DNA of 64,000 nt from the human T2T-CHM13v2.0 reference genome, Homo sapiens, in NCBI RefSeq assembly GCF_009914755.1, contig NC_060937.1, one strand, 5' to 3'. Of this stretch, positions 37,023 through 54,798 are shown piece by piece. The first letter of the stretch is position 1. Every line of letters begins with the position of its first letter. The position numbers were made by a program, and so were the translations under genes. The notes beneath the pieces were generated by a model. It was not told the DNA's origin. It saw only the letters and a list, made by a program, of their open reading frames with translations, and searched no databases.

Positions 37023-39920
37023 CTATTTGTTTTCTTTATTCCTTATAGCTTTTTTTGTCCCCCATCATTGTCTCTTTTTGTCCTCTACTTCACTGCCTGT
37101 TTTTAGTTAATTTTTTGTAGTAAAGCATTTTAATTGCCTGTTAATTTCCTTTTTAGTATATCTATAACTATTTTCTTTGTGATTGCCCTGGGGATTACAT
37201 TTAACATCCTGAGGTTATAACACTATAATTTAAATTTATGTCAATTTAACTTCAATAATATATAAAAACTGCTCAATTACAGTTCTGTCTCCATCTGTTT
37301 TATTTTTTGATGTCACAAAATTACACCTTTGGATGTGGTATGCTCAAAAATATAAATAAATAATTGTTTTCTTAATGCATTAGTCTTTTGAATTGTGTAG
37401 TAAACAATATATGAAGTTACAAACCAAAGTTACAATGTTGTAAAATTGTACAAAGTTACAATTTAGGCTAATAATTTTTTAAAATGTATTAGTCGCTTAG
37501 ATCACATAGAAAACAAAAAGTAGATGTACAAACTGTTGTTACACTAATACTACCTTTTATAATTGCCCATGTATTTATCTTTCCTGAGATTTTTATTTCT
37601 TCATATGACTTTAACCTGCAAGACTCCCTTACAGGGCTGGTCAGGTGGTAGTGAATTCCCTCAATTTTTGTTTATCTAGGGAAGTCTTAATTTCCTTCTC
37701 ACTTTTGAAGGATAGCTTTGCTAGATGTAGAATTCTTGGTTGACAGATTTATTTTTTCTTTCAGCATTTTGAATATATCAGTTCACTACCTTCTAGACTC
37801 CAAAGTTTCTGATAAAGAAATCTGCTGTTAATCTTATTGAGGATCCCATTTATGTGATGACTTGCTTTTCTCTTGCTGGTCTTTGTCTTTCAATAGTCTT
37901 ATTATGTGCCTTGGTGTGGGTCTGTTTGAGTTCATCCTACCTGGAATCCATTAAGCTTCTTGGATGTTTATATTCATATCTTTCATCAAATTTGGGAAGT
38001 ATTTTGCCATTTGTTTTCAAATAATCTTTCTTTTACTCTCTCTAAAACTCCTATAATGCACACACTGGTACTGTTGATAGTACCACGGAGATTTCTTAGT
38101 CTCTTTTCACTTTCCTTCAGTATTTTTTCTTTGTGTTCCTCAGATTTGACCATTTCAATAGTCCCATCTTCATGTTCACTGATTTTTTTCTGCCTACTTC
38201 TAATAAGCTTTGAATACATCTAATAAACTTTTCATTTAATTCATTGTACTTTTCAGCTCTCAAATTTCTTTTTGAATTACCTTTAAGGTTTCCATCCTTT
38301 ATTGACATTTCCATTTTGTTCATACACCATTTCCTTTCTTTATGCCATCTTTTAGTTATCTGACCATCTTTAAGATAGTTGCTTTAAAGATAAGATAGAT
38401 GTGGCATCTTGTCTTCTTCAGGGACGGTTTCTGCTGGGTTTTTTTCCCTTTGGATAAGCCATACTTCTCTGTTTCTCAGTATATTTTTGAGTTTTTCGGT
38501 TGAAAACTGGACATTTGAATCTAATAATGTGGCAACCCTGAATATTATATTCTACTTTCTTCCCCAGGGCTTGTTGTTTTTGTTTTTGCTTTGTTTTGTT
38601 TTTGATTGCTGTAGGCTGTCTCTATGCCAAGGATCAGCCTGAGATGTAAAGTCTACTCAGGTCTTTTTTGAGCCTGCGTCTTTTCCTGGGCATGTGTGCT
38701 AACTTTTTTGCTTTGAATATTCTAGTTTTTAAGGTCTCGCATCCAAAAGTGGGGGGGAGAGAAAAATAGAGGAGAGAGGTTAAAGGGCACCAGCCCTTTA
38801 AATCCCTTGGAAGTCACTTCAGTTGGAGGGGGTGAAGCTTGCAACAATGAAGGGAGGATGCAACAGTGGCTATCCCCGCTCCATACTGAACTTCCATGAT
38901 CAGAAACAGCAATCTGCAATTAGAACACAAATCCCTGATATTTGGAGGACAGAGTCCTTATTGCCCACCTTGGCCTCTCACTGGGTGCATACAAGATGCT
39001 CCAAAACTCCTCCTCACAGCTGCCTGCCACAGGCCTGGGGTTGAAGGATGGGTATCACTACTGAAGGAAGAGCTGAAATTTACCAAAGTTAACTGCAATT
39101 TACCTTCCAAGCCTTCCTCTGGAATTTGCAAGCCTTGAATACACTCCAGAGTTCCAAAATAGTTACATCAGACAAACACTGTACAATTGTTTAGGTATAT
39201 AGACTAATTCCTGATCCTTCCTATTCCTCTATCTTCCCAAAATATGCTTTCTTGGAACTATTTTTTATGTCTAATTTTATACTCACACGTTTTTAATTTT
39301 ACATAAATAAGAACACATGCTTTTGTTTTAGTGAAGTCTTTTATTCTGTGAATCTCACCTTCCCCTACATGATCTCTCTCATTCCTTGAACAATCTGGTT
39401 TTTTTCTTCATGTTTATGTAATCATTTATATATATCATGATATAAACAATGCTTGTTTATATCATTTATGCATATAAACAAGCATTTACATATAAATGTA
39501 TAAAATATGCTTATATTAATATTCCCATACTTGCTAATTTAATATTTATACAGTGTTCTATTCCAAAAATACATTTAATGTAGCTCTTACACTCATTGAA
39601 TAACCAAAGTTCCATATAGTGTATGGACAATCAAAAATGTTATAAACATATACATAGCTTTTGCAAGCACAGCATTTTAAAATAGTAGAGAGTAGTTCTA
39701 TTTCTAATGATAAATCAAATATTATCTGAGGCATTTTGGGAAATAGTCCTTTCTTTGAATTAAAAATAATGCTTTGATTGTCAGGGTATATTGTTTGCAC
39801 CCTACTGGGAACAAATGGAAATATTAGGCTCAATAATGTGTATTTATTTTTCTGTGCAATGTCTATATTTTATGCTTCTCTTTCTGACAGGGAAAACCTC
39901 ATTATGAAATTATTAATGTT

Positions 39921-40324
<404 letters not shown>

Positions 40325-40556
40325 TTACTGGCAATTAACTTTCTTTCATTATACTTAATTTAAATGATTTATTACCTTTTGAAGGATATCATAATTTCAA
40401 CAAATAATTAAGTTTTGCTTTTTATTTTTAAGAAAGTTACCCTGTAAATTGACATGTATTTCTTCAGAAATAAAGGTCACTGAACATGTAAAATTATAAT
40501 ACATCAAAAATGTCTTTTTTTTTTTATTTAAGAAAAAGACGATATTAGCATCATTA

Positions 40557-40881
<325 letters not shown>

Positions 40882-43209
40882 GACTTCCTAAAGTTGAATA
40901 GAAATGAGATACATTAATTCAATGACTTTGAAAGAAAATTTCAATTTCATTATCATAACTTTATGTCAGACATGGCAAATATGTAGACACATACTTTATA
41001 AGTAATTTAAGTAATTTTTATTTTGATGTCAATTCCCTGTCAGAGGCAGGTGACTCATAAGCTTTTTATTACGAATAACAGCAATAACGATGCTTATCCT
41101 TTACTCTAAAAAATAGAGAATAGTTTTTAGACACAGCATTCTGAGGAGCCATCCTGGACTTATGCAAGAGAAAAACAGCATTTCTCCTTGTATATTGCCA
41201 TCCACCTGATATGCTTTCTAGGTCAGAGGTCCCAGAAAGAGAGACGCTCTGGTTTAGGGGCACTGCCAGGATGACAATTCTGGCTACCTTTTGTTCTCCG
41301 TGTTCTGAGACATGTAAATTAGGCTTTGGAATCCTCTCATCTTGATTAAAGAGCTGCTCCCCGCCCCTTGAGAAAGGTGAAAAGTTTTCTCTACTTCAGG
41401 ATGATTAGAATATCCTGTCTTCACTCCATCAGCTCTAAAGAGTAGGACTAGGCTCAATAACATGCTGTCCAGTGTTTATCAGGCCTCTCATGTCAAGATC
41501 CTGGGATGTCATAAAGGTTGGTGGGGGGGCTCACCTATTGTCACTGCTTTCCCAAGCTTTTCTTTCTGCTCTTCTCTCCCCTGGTACAAAGTGCCGGCTG
41601 GTTTTCATGGCTCTGTTCCTTGGACTTAAGATTGAATTACTTGTTCAGAATGAATCACTCCATCTTTGCCACCAGGCAGGTCTTTAAACAGACTGGTCAC
41701 AAACTGCAAACCAAATAACCCTGGGGGTCAGCTATTCATTATAAAGGAAGTAATCATTCACAATCATCTGCTAATTGCTAGAGAGTGATTCCAATTTTGC
41801 TAACCAGTCACTGTTGACAGCTTTGCTCTCAAATTGCCTATGATAGGGTCTCTCCTGACTCAGGTCTTGTTGTTTGTTTGAAATTATTGCCTAAAGCTGA
41901 CAAAAAAATCATATTTCATTAATATTTAAAATTAAAATTAATGATTACTCTAACAAGTGACAGAATGCTGCTGCTGAATGCCATTGAATTTCTCATTAAT
42001 ATTAATTTGCAGTTTGTAGAGAAGTGGCTTAACAACTGAGCTACCCACACCTAATTAAAATATTGATTAACTGAGCCATAAATCTGTGCTCATGAAATAC
42101 ATTACTTTTAACTGTCTATGTTTGATTTTATGGTCTTTCTTAGCATTTTCAAAATTTATCATATTTTGGTAATATGTACTTTTTCTAGTCGGTTAATTAG
42201 CAAATATTTTCTAATTTGCTGATCAGCATAAATTTAACTTGCCAGGAATGACATAAAATTTTCCAATGATTTCTTACCTAAAGATCTTAGAGCCCTAATA
42301 TCAATATTATCATCATTAACTATGATTTACTCAATATGTTTTAAGAACCTGGGACTGACCTAAGAATATGATTTTCCTTAGTATGGGGAAATTATGCTGT
42401 TGATTGGAAATTAGTAGGATATTTAACTTGAATTGTTTTTCTTGATTGCAGTCATTAACTTCCTCCGTGTTTAAGATATTAACACACGTCATGTTTTTAT
42501 TACTAGATGAAAATGTTACACAAATTTTAAAAAGTAATTTAAAATTCACCACCTTGAACTGGATACTTTTGCACATTCCAACCACAAAACCTGCTTCCCA
42601 TAAGAGAACAATTTAATTTTTCTATTAATAAGTATTTATTAAATGCATAAACCATTATACAGATTGTTGCTGTGGAGTGTATAGATGAATAACATGCATT
42701 CTTAAACTTCAAGGTATCTTACTATTAACTAGGAAAATAGATGAGGTATGCATGCAATTACCAGAATGCAAATTCTGCTTTTTATTCTTCATTTATTTTT
42801 ATAAATGTGTAATCTGTGTAGGCTTGTGAGAATCCGAGAGAGACAGAGTAAACAAAGTTATTGTAGAGATAAAGCTTCTTTTAGGAGTCTGTCATAATTG
42901 GATACTCCTTTACTGAAAAACCCACATACACTATACCAAAGCAGAACGCAAATTTTAGTGTGTGTCAAAATCATCTGGAGGACTTGTTAAAATATCCCTT
43001 CTAGGGATCACACTTCAAAAACATTAGATTAGAGACTTTCAAAATTGGTCAGCAGTAAAATATTACATAAGGAACATTTTTTTTTCTTTTTAAACTATTT
43101 TCTTTTTTCCTTTTTCTTCCCCCTCCTCCTCCTTCTCCTTTGTAACCTGAACTTCCTCCTCTGCACTCTAATGAGACTCAGTGGATCTGTGCCAGAGATT
43201 AAAAAATCA

Positions 43210-43500
<291 letters not shown>

Positions 43501-43669
43501 TCACTTTTTAAGAGTTTATGCTGTGTTTTGCTGATTTCTGGGTTAGTTAATTTTCCTTTTCACTATACTGGTGAAAATTAAATCGGTGAAGAGAATTGGG
43601 CAAACATGGTGGGTAAGCATAAGATAAAGGTATTGAGGTATTGATTAAAGTGGAGAATTAATTTAGACT

Positions 43670-43864
<195 letters not shown>

Positions 43865-43929
43865 TAAACTCCCCTTCATATACCAAGTGAGGTTCCTTAG
43901 GTGTCTACAGGCGGCAGAGTTTAGAATAC

Positions 43930-44455
43930 TGCAGGATACAATGAATTTCTCTGAGTTGCTCTTCAAAAGTTTAGCCTGCTAACTTACTTGTTCTTTGTTC
44001 TGAAACCTAACTTTCTTGTTCTACATGCCTCCTTGCCTCTAGTTACTGTAAACAACCTACCCACTTCCCATCAGCTCTAATCAATAACTTACATCTGTTC
44101 CCTTAGTCACCTGTACCCATTATTTCCCCGAAACTGCATGTCTCGTAGGCTTCACCACTGTACCTCACATCCCCCTTCCCTTCCATATTTAGAAAAATAT
44201 TTACAAGTAGCCAATTGGGTCAGTTTAGATTGTGTGGTCCCACTCCAGCCCATGGGGTAGTGACACAGAGATAGGGATTGCCTTAAGAATAAAACCCCCC
44301 TGCTTTCCCTTGTTCCCTGTGCTCTTGCAATCCTGATTGACATGAGCAGCACCCTTGTGCAGAAGTAAATTGCCTTGCTGGGTAAACTATTGCCTGAGTG
44401 CTGGTTTCACTTTGTGGCACTGAGCAATTATTTCTGAGCATTTTTATCTCCAGCG
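43930..44455 (+). mobile_element. LTR10-family (ERV1) solo LTR
   Basis: ctcttcaaaagtttagcctg start, AATAAA at ~44288, gcagaagtaaattgccttgctg end region. Confidence 0.65.
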
Positions 44456-44645
44456 ATCCTCTTAAAGGCCAGTTCTGATTGCTGACAGGCCATGTGCTTC
44501 CGGGGCTGAGGCTCATCAGGAGCTAAGAGTGGTGCTGCACAAAGGCTGGCCTGAGAGATGACTTTGCATTTCTGTGCCTTATGTTCCACCTCCTCTTCAT
44601 CATGGATCTTTGCATATTTTTAAGCAACCTCTAGTTTCTATGCTA

Positions 44646-44890
<245 letters not shown>

Positions 44891-44993
44891 GTAGGTGGAA
44901 GCATCTTCCAGAAGCTTTGGCTTTAATTAAAATGTTAATTGCCACATTATCTCTCAGAAGAGACTCTAATGCTGAATATTTCGTGCACCATAA

Positions 44994-44996
<3 letters not shown>

Positions 44997-45026
<30 letters not shown>
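44997..45026. repeat. (TG)n microsatellite
   Basis: Directly visible. Confidence 0.92.
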
Positions 45027-45028
<2 letters not shown>

Positions 45029-45189
45029 ATATTTTTGTTCTGGTAGGATATTAACAGTCACAGTCACAAACAATGTTTGCCAGTATTTTTTATGATTACT
45101 AAATGGACAAAAACTTGGTGTGGAAGATGGCAAAACTAGTCCTTCAATAAAGTATGTAACTTTTATTGCACAATTTCCCCAGTTATCTG

Positions 45190-46830
<1,641 letters not shown>

Positions 46831-46863
46831 GACAACTAATCAAAACAAGCTCAGGCCTCCTAT

Positions 46864-47382
46864 TGTTACAGAGAAGGGGTCCCGACGCAGACCCCAAGGG
46901 AAGGTTCTTGGATCTCATGCAAGAAAGAATTCAGAGCGAGTCTATAAAGTGAAAACAAGTGTATTTAAAAAGTAAAGGAGTAAAAAATGGCTACTCCATA
47001 GAGACAGCAGCCCCAAGGGCTGCTGGTTGTCCATTTTTATGGTTATTTCTTGATTATATGCTAAAAACTATAATTAGATATTATTGCATTGTGAATTATT
47101 TATGCCTCCCGATAAGAGAAGCTGGCTGCCTTCAGCAAAATCCTTTCCTGAAGCTTTTGTAAAACCTCCTGGCCTTCCAAGAAGGTTTGCATCTTTCTAC
47201 GATTTTTCTCACCATCCTGACCGATCTCCTACACTTTATGACCTGTATCTTGTGCCAACCTCCTATCTCATCCTGTGACCTAGAATGCCTTAATGTCTGG
47301 GAATGCAGCCCCGTAGGTCTCAGCCTCATTTTACCCAGCCCCTACTCAAGATGGAATTGGTCTGATTTAAACACCTCTGGCA
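46864..47382 (-). mobile_element. MER41 LTR whose middle is replaced by an LTR22-like 5' fragment (~47070-47233)
   Basis: Minus strand starts tgccagaggtgtttaaatcaga...ccatcttgagtaggggctgggtaaaatgaggctgagacc and ends cttggggtctgcgtcgggacccc...taaca. The insert starts tgtaggagatcggtcaggatggtg. Confidence 0.75.
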
Positions 47383-47675
47383 CTAACATCTCCTTTAGAC
47401 AGAGCAGGGCGAGAGTTCTGTGGTCACAATAGGTAGGGACTATGCCCCAATCAGCATGAAGCAGTTACAGAAGGAAAGACCATCAGTCCCTCTGCCTCCC
47501 ATAAAGATTTCCCACCCTGTAGAATGCTTTCATGTTTGAATAAATCCCTGCTTTCACTGCTTCATTCCTGTTCCTGTGTTTTATTCCTTTGTTAGTTTGT
47601 GTGTTTTGTCCAATTATTTGTCCAAAACACCAAGTTCCTGGAGAATTCATACACAAGGCCCTCCTTCTGGTAACA
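47383..47675 (+). mobile_element. ERV1 post-env sequence and partial 3' LTR
   Basis: cagcatgaagcagttacagaag post-env motif, AATAAA, terminal ctggtaaca. Confidence 0.6.
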
Positions 47676-47704
47676 GCTGGATGATATTACATTTAATTAA
47701 TAGG

Positions 47705-47870
47705 TTTTTTTTTTTTAAGACAGTCTCACTCTGTCGCCCAGGTTGGAGTGCAATGGCATGATCAAGGCTTACTGCAGCCTCAACCTCTGGGCTCAAGTGA
47801 TCCTCCTACCTCAGCCTCTAAAGTAGCTGGAAGCCTCCCAAGTAGGTGGGTGAGCCACCGCACCTGGCTG
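47705..47870 (-). mobile_element. Deleted AluJ
   Basis: Right arm joined to the Alu 5' end. Confidence 0.75.
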
Positions 47871-48481
47871 GTTTGATATTTCTTGTTGTCAGCTTGACAA
47901 CCTCCTCTAAAATAAACTTGAACCATAATCCATTCCTGAGCTGGATCACATACAAAAAGATGACCAACTCTATTAAAATCTAAAACCTATCAAAATCTAA
48001 GATCACTTTTCATTTTTTAAACGGTATTTTGTACATATGTTAGTCAATAATAACATCTGAGATGGTATATTACAATTATATAATATAATTGAGACACAAC
48101 AGGCGACTATAAAATGTAACACCATTCTACATGGAAGTAACCTTTAGAAATGTGGCATTTCTTTCTGCTCCAAACCATAGATTCCTGCTGTTGAAAGGAA
48201 CTTCAGTTTGATCTTCCACCAAATGGAGAAGTCTCTTCCTTAACATCTCTGGGTTTGTCAGCTGGCCCTTGCTTCACTTCCTCTAGTGAGAGTGAATGTA
48301 TGACCACCCTCTTGTTGGACAGCTCTAAATGATAGAAAGTTCTTCTTTTCCAAAGTTTTCACAATTATGTTAATCTTTTGTCCATGAATTAGGTATCTCT
48401 CATTCTAAAACCATATATTTTCATTTTATCATACTGCTTCCAAATGGATATCTGCTATATGCCAAAAAGTGTGCAGGGTAA

Positions 48482-48830
<349 letters not shown>

Positions 48831-49667
48831 TCTGGTGCCCCTTCTTAAGGTGTTTATAATCTACTCATAGAAGAGATAATACATGTGCATAATTATTTCT
48901 ACCTCAGATGTCAAAGAGAACCTTTCAATTCTATGAATCTTTGTTCAGATGAGGTTAAAAAAAAATGATACCCCAGACGGAAGGAGGTTTAATGAAGGAG
49001 AAACCTGGTAGGTGGTGATACAGGGGTAACAGGGGCAGAACATTGCAGGCAGAAGAGAAGGCATGAGCATGGTGAGGAGGGCAAGCACTGGGCATGTTAA
49101 GAAACAGGATTAAAACTCTTGGAGTATAGTAGAAACTAAACATAGGGCAGCAGTGAGAGTGAAATATAGGCCGTGCTGGGGTTGGTTGAGGTCAAGTTAT
49201 AGAGCACCTGGAAGCCAGAGAAAGCAGTGTGGATTCGATTCTCTACACTAATGTCCTCCAAAGTGGAGCATAAACTCCAGGATGTAGGTAAGAGAATGCA
49301 TGGGGGTGTGAGAAGATGTCAAAGCTTCTGTTGAGCTTTAATTTTTAATCTTAAAGGTAAAAAAAGCGTATGAAATGTACTCTATTGGTTGAATGCCTTC
49401 ACTGTCTACATTTCAAGGTCACATGTTGCATTTCATGTACAGTAGAGGAGGCTTCCTGAGGGTACCGTGGAAGCTCCATAATGCTGAGAGGTTGAGGGGA
49501 AGCTTCACTTTTTGTTGCCTTTCATTGAGTTTTCAGGTTATGAGGGACCCAGTTAGTTGGCATTATAGATTATGTCATCTAATTTTAACTAAATTCGTCT
49601 TTACAAAATTACAGATAGATTTAAAGAGATTCCTTTAGAGAAGCCACAGATTGAAAATAATACTCAA

Positions 49668-49955
49668 GGTCGGGTGCGGTGGCTCACGTCTGTAATCCCA
49701 GCACTTTGGGAGGCTGAGACAGGCTGATCACAAGGTCAGGATTTCGAGACCAGCCTGACAAACATGGTGAAACCCCGTCTCTATTGAAAATAGAAAAATC
49801 AGCCGGGTGTAGTGGCGCGCATCTGTAATCCTAGCGACTCAGGAGGCTGAGGCAGAAGAATGGCTTGAGCCTGGGAGGCGGAGGTTGCAGTGAGCCAAGA
49901 TCACACCATTACACTCCAGCCTGGGCCACAGAGTGAGACTCCATCTCAAAAAAAA

Positions 49956-49985
<30 letters not shown>
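49668..49985 (+). mobile_element. AluS
   Basis: Full dimer; TSD gaaaataatactca. Confidence 0.92.
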
Positions 49986-49987
<2 letters not shown>

Positions 49988-50602
49988 TAATACTCATAAT
50001 ACAATTACAAATAAAATATGGTACAGCTGACCTTCCTTTGATTCCAAGTACAAGATATTCAACACCCACATTACAAGAAAAAAACAGTGCTAATCGGATG
50101 AGGTCTGACAAGTAATACTATTCTAAAAGTGACAATGAAATATGGCTATAGATGCAATTTTATTTAGGTGAACCTTCTTATAAGTAGTATTCAGTAATAT
50201 ATATTGTGACTTTGTGAAATGTTGAGACGTTTCTTTCTCTGTTTTTTGCCATGTTAGTGTTCAACTTGAAACTAGAATAGCTACTTTCCGTTGCTGTATC
50301 ACAAAGTATTAAACAAAGGCTTTTAAAAACATACATACAACAAAGCATATACATAGGTTTAAATATGAATAGATATATAAAAATTATATGACTATAAAAT
50401 ATTTAATACATATATTATGTGCACATTATAATATTAATGATAAAAATTTAGAAAGCCAAAAAGTTTTTTGAAACATTAATAAGTAAAAAAAAATCATTGA
50501 AAATATTTTTATTTTCACTGTATCTCAACCATTAAAATTTTTTGGCCTGTTTAAGAATGTACCTGAAATGCTATGTTTTCAGCTTCATTTAAAATAGAAG
50601 AG

Positions 50603-50930
50603 ACCAGGTGCGGTGGCTCACACCTGTAATCCCAGCACTTTGGCAGATGAATAGCTTGAGCCTAGGAGTTTGAGACCATCTTGGGCATATATTTTTAATC
50701 AAATATATATTGAATAAGCAAGGCAACACCACAGATAACTTATCGCTACCAAAACACAAAATTTAGCTAGGCATGGTGACATGCATCTGTGGTCTCAGTT
50801 ACTCAGGAGGCTGAGGTGGGAGAATCACCTGAGCCCAGTAAGCTGAGGCTGTGGTGAGCCATGATGGTGCCACTATGCTCCAGCCTGGGAGACTGGAGTG
50901 AAACTCCATCTCAAACAACAACAACAACAA
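50603..50930 (+). mobile_element. Rearranged AluJ
   Basis: Alu arms with ~60 nt of non-Alu AT-rich sequence at ~50688-50750. Confidence 0.75.
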
Positions 50931-51039
50931 AATAGAATATATTTGCTTCCATTTGGATCATGATTTATTCAAATAAAGTTGGTCCATCTATTTATTTATA
51001 TTAATTTTTAAGTTATTCAACAATACTTACTAAATTCTT

Positions 51040-51952
51040 CCTTGCTAATTAAGTCTGGCTGCTATAACAAAATAGCACAGACTAAGTGGCATGTAAACAA
51101 CAAATATTTATCTCTCATAGTTCTGGAGACTTGGAAGTCAAAAACCAAGATGCCAGCAGATTTGGTGTCTGATGAGGGCCTGGCCTCTTTCCTAAACATG
51201 GTGACTACTTGGAGAGTTCTCACATGATAGAAAGGGTGTGCTAGCTCTCTTTGGTCTCTTTTGTAAGAGTGAAACCCTCATGATCTACTCGTCTCCCAGA
51301 AGTCCTACCTCTTTTTTCTTTAATTTTACTTTAAGTTCTGGGATACATATGCTGAACATGCAAGTTTGTTACATAGGTATACATGTGCCATGGTGGTTTG
51401 CTGCACCTATCAACCCATCATCTAGGTTTTAAGCCCCACATGCATTAGGTATTTGTCCTAATGCTCTCCCTCCCCTTCCCCCCATCCCCTGACAGGCTCT
51501 GGTGTGTGATGTTCCCCTTCCTGTGTCCATGTGTTCTCACTGTTCAACTCCCAATTACGAGTGAGAACATATGGTGTCTGGTTTTCTGTTCCTGTGTCAG
51601 TTTGCTGAGGATGATGGTTTCCAGCTTCATCCATGTCCCTGCAAAGGACATGAACTCATTCTTTTTTATGGCTGCATAGTATTCCATGGTGTATATGTGC
51701 CACATTTTCTTTATCTACTCTATCATTGATGGGCATTTGGGTTGGTTCCAAGTCTTTGCTATTGTGAATAGTGCTGCAATAAACATATGTGTGCATGTGT
51801 CTTTATAGTAGAATCATTTATAATCTTTTGGGTATATACCTAGTAATGAGATTGCTGGGTCAAATGGTAAGTCCTACTTCAATACCATCACCTTGGGGGC
51901 AGGATTTCAATGTACACATTTTGAGGAAACACAAACATTCAGACTATAGCAC
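51040..51952 (-). mobile_element. MLT1A/MST-type MaLR LTR interrupted by an L1PA 3' end (~51311-51868, minus)
   Basis: MaLR motifs on both sides. L1 3'UTR flanked by TSD aagtcctac(c/t)tc. Confidence 0.82.
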
Positions 51953-53571
51953 CTGCTAAATTTCAGGAACTGCATAAAGGACCCGGTATTCAAAGATGAA
52001 TGGCATAGTTTCTAACCTCAGTAGTTCACAGACTAGTGGAAATAATAAAAACACATGGATAATTATTTTTACTGTGAAATGTACAGTGAGAGAACAATCT
52101 TTAGGATTATTTGAAAGCACATGGAAGGGACACCTGGCCTAACTAGGAAGGCACTTAGGAGATGAGGCTCCTGAGCAACCTAAATGAATAAGTCTAATCA
52201 AGGGAAGAAGAAAGGAAGGGCATTCCAGGCAGAGGTGTAGGATAGGCAAGGCACAGCATAGTGTACATGGGAAACGTAAGCAGAAAGAGTTCAACAGAAA
52301 TCAGATTCTCTGTGACAGGTGGGTGCTTAATTCCACTAAGAGGCCCTGGGTTCGTATATTCTGAAAATAAAATCAATAGCAATCAATTAAAAGCAGAAGG
52401 CTGCCAGGCCTATGCAGAATAATGACTGGGAGGCCAACTAGAAAGAAGGAAAAATAGATAGTTTGTGTGTTAAAGCTGCCAGCATAGAGGTTGAATAATG
52501 AAATTACTAACTGTGATATTTAAATTGGAGACCCTGCTATTGAGGGGTTAAATGTGGTATGTACTGAATAAATAAGGCAACCCTACAGGTTGGGACTACA
52601 AGAACAGACAAGTGAACACAATTAGAATTTTGCTTTTAGAGAATGAATGAATATATAAGGAAAGAGGACACAACCAGAGCTTTAGAAAGTACATGAATAT
52701 TTATACCTTAATACTAGACGATGTATTTATGTATATGCATGGACATGTGTGTGCCAGATGAACGTTGAGACTGAAAGAGAATAGGAAATGTGTGTAAATA
52801 TATGTACTTTGTCGGAGAACGAGGAATTGTTGTATGGGACTTGGACTGAAAAGGTTGATTGTATAGTTTCACTGATGGTGGTGTGACATAGCTCAGATAT
52901 ATGTGGCAGTTGTGTGTTATTTTCCAAATTAGATAATTCAGCTTCTATACATCTTATTTCATAACCCAGGCATTGTTATAGCATTTTGCAGACATTGCAG
53001 TGTGGGTGGAGCAATCTGTCCATCTCACAATGGGTCCATGATGAGTTGTTTTGTGCAGTGATTTTGATGATGGTTATGTGTGCCTAGTTTCCTTATGTTT
53101 TTGCCTCTCCTACAAGCTTGGTTCTTCCTCCTTCTTGTTGATTCTAAGACCTACCCACTATTCTTTCAATAAATACATTTCTATTTAAATCGTCTTCAGT
53201 CTGCTCCTAACAATTGCAATTAAGAACCCTAACTTACAAAGCCATAAAACTTCATTTCAATCCTTTTCATTGAGTAAGCCTTTAGCCTACTAAGGCACAT
53301 ATATTGTGCCTGATGCTGTGCTGGAAACTGGGTAGACAAAGATGAGTGACATAGTCCTTATCATACAGGTACTTCGAGTCTAGTGGGGGAACAACAAATA
53401 TAAAAAGAAATTTTAAAAATAATGATATGATGTGGAATTTGCATGAGGGACCAATTAATTCTGCTCAAGGAGAGGTAGGGTGCTTCATGAAGGTACAAAG
53501 AATTGTTTGAGTGGGGCCTGAAGGACAAATTGGATATCACTAGTTTTATAAGAGAAGGCTTTCCTGAAAGA

Positions 53572-53940
53572 GTGGTGCCAAAATCTGAATGTTTGTGTCC
53601 CTGCAAAACTCATAAGTTGAAATTCTAATTCCCAAGTTAGAATTAGGAGGCTTGGCCTTTGGGAGGTGATTAGGCCATGAGGGTGGAGCTCTCATGATAG
53701 GAATTCGTGTCCTTGCAAAAGAGGCCTCAAAGAACTCACTAGCCACTTCCTCCTACCTGTGAAATTACAGTGAGAAGGAGCCATTTATGAACAAGGAAGC
53801 GGGCCCTCACTTGACTCCGAATATGCCAGTGCCTGGATCTTGGACTTCCCAGCCTCCACAACTGTGAAAAATAAATTTCTGTTGTTTAAAAGCTCTCCAG
53901 TTTACGTATTTTGTTATAGTAGCCCAAATGGACTAACACA
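53572..53940 (+). mobile_element. MLT1A-type MaLR LTR within L2-like sequence
   Basis: tctgaatgtttgtgtccc...ttggacttcccagcctcca...ttatagtagcccaaatggactaacaca. Confidence 0.8.
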
Positions 53941-54368
53941 AGTGGGTTGTAGGAGCCAACAAAAGGAGATGAAAGTTTGTGATGCGCTTGTAGCCTAGCA
54001 AGTAGAGTATGGCCAGAATGTTGCAATCATGAAGCAAGTGCCTAGAAATAAGGCCAGAGTGATAACATGAAGTCTGATGATGAGATCTGATTATGAATGC
54101 CTGTGTATACCATAATAAAACATTCATTTATTTGATAACTACCATCACAGTTTTTATTTTATTTCATTTTATTACTTTTTTACTTTTCTTTTTTCTTTAT
54201 TTTTGTTTTTTTTAAAGATCCCCACTGGATACCTGTTTCACAAACCATCACGATTTTTAAAGCAAAAAAATGACAGGATCAAATCTGTGTTTTAGAAAAA
54301 TAATGCTGGTGTCACTGTGAAGGCAGTAAGAACCTGGTCAAGGCAACACCAACATAAAACACATTTGA

Positions 54369-54798
<430 letters not shown>

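Noticed and set aside
43930-44455. p53 response element in the LTR10-like element
   Set aside because: I found no convincing paired RRRCWWGYYY half-sites.
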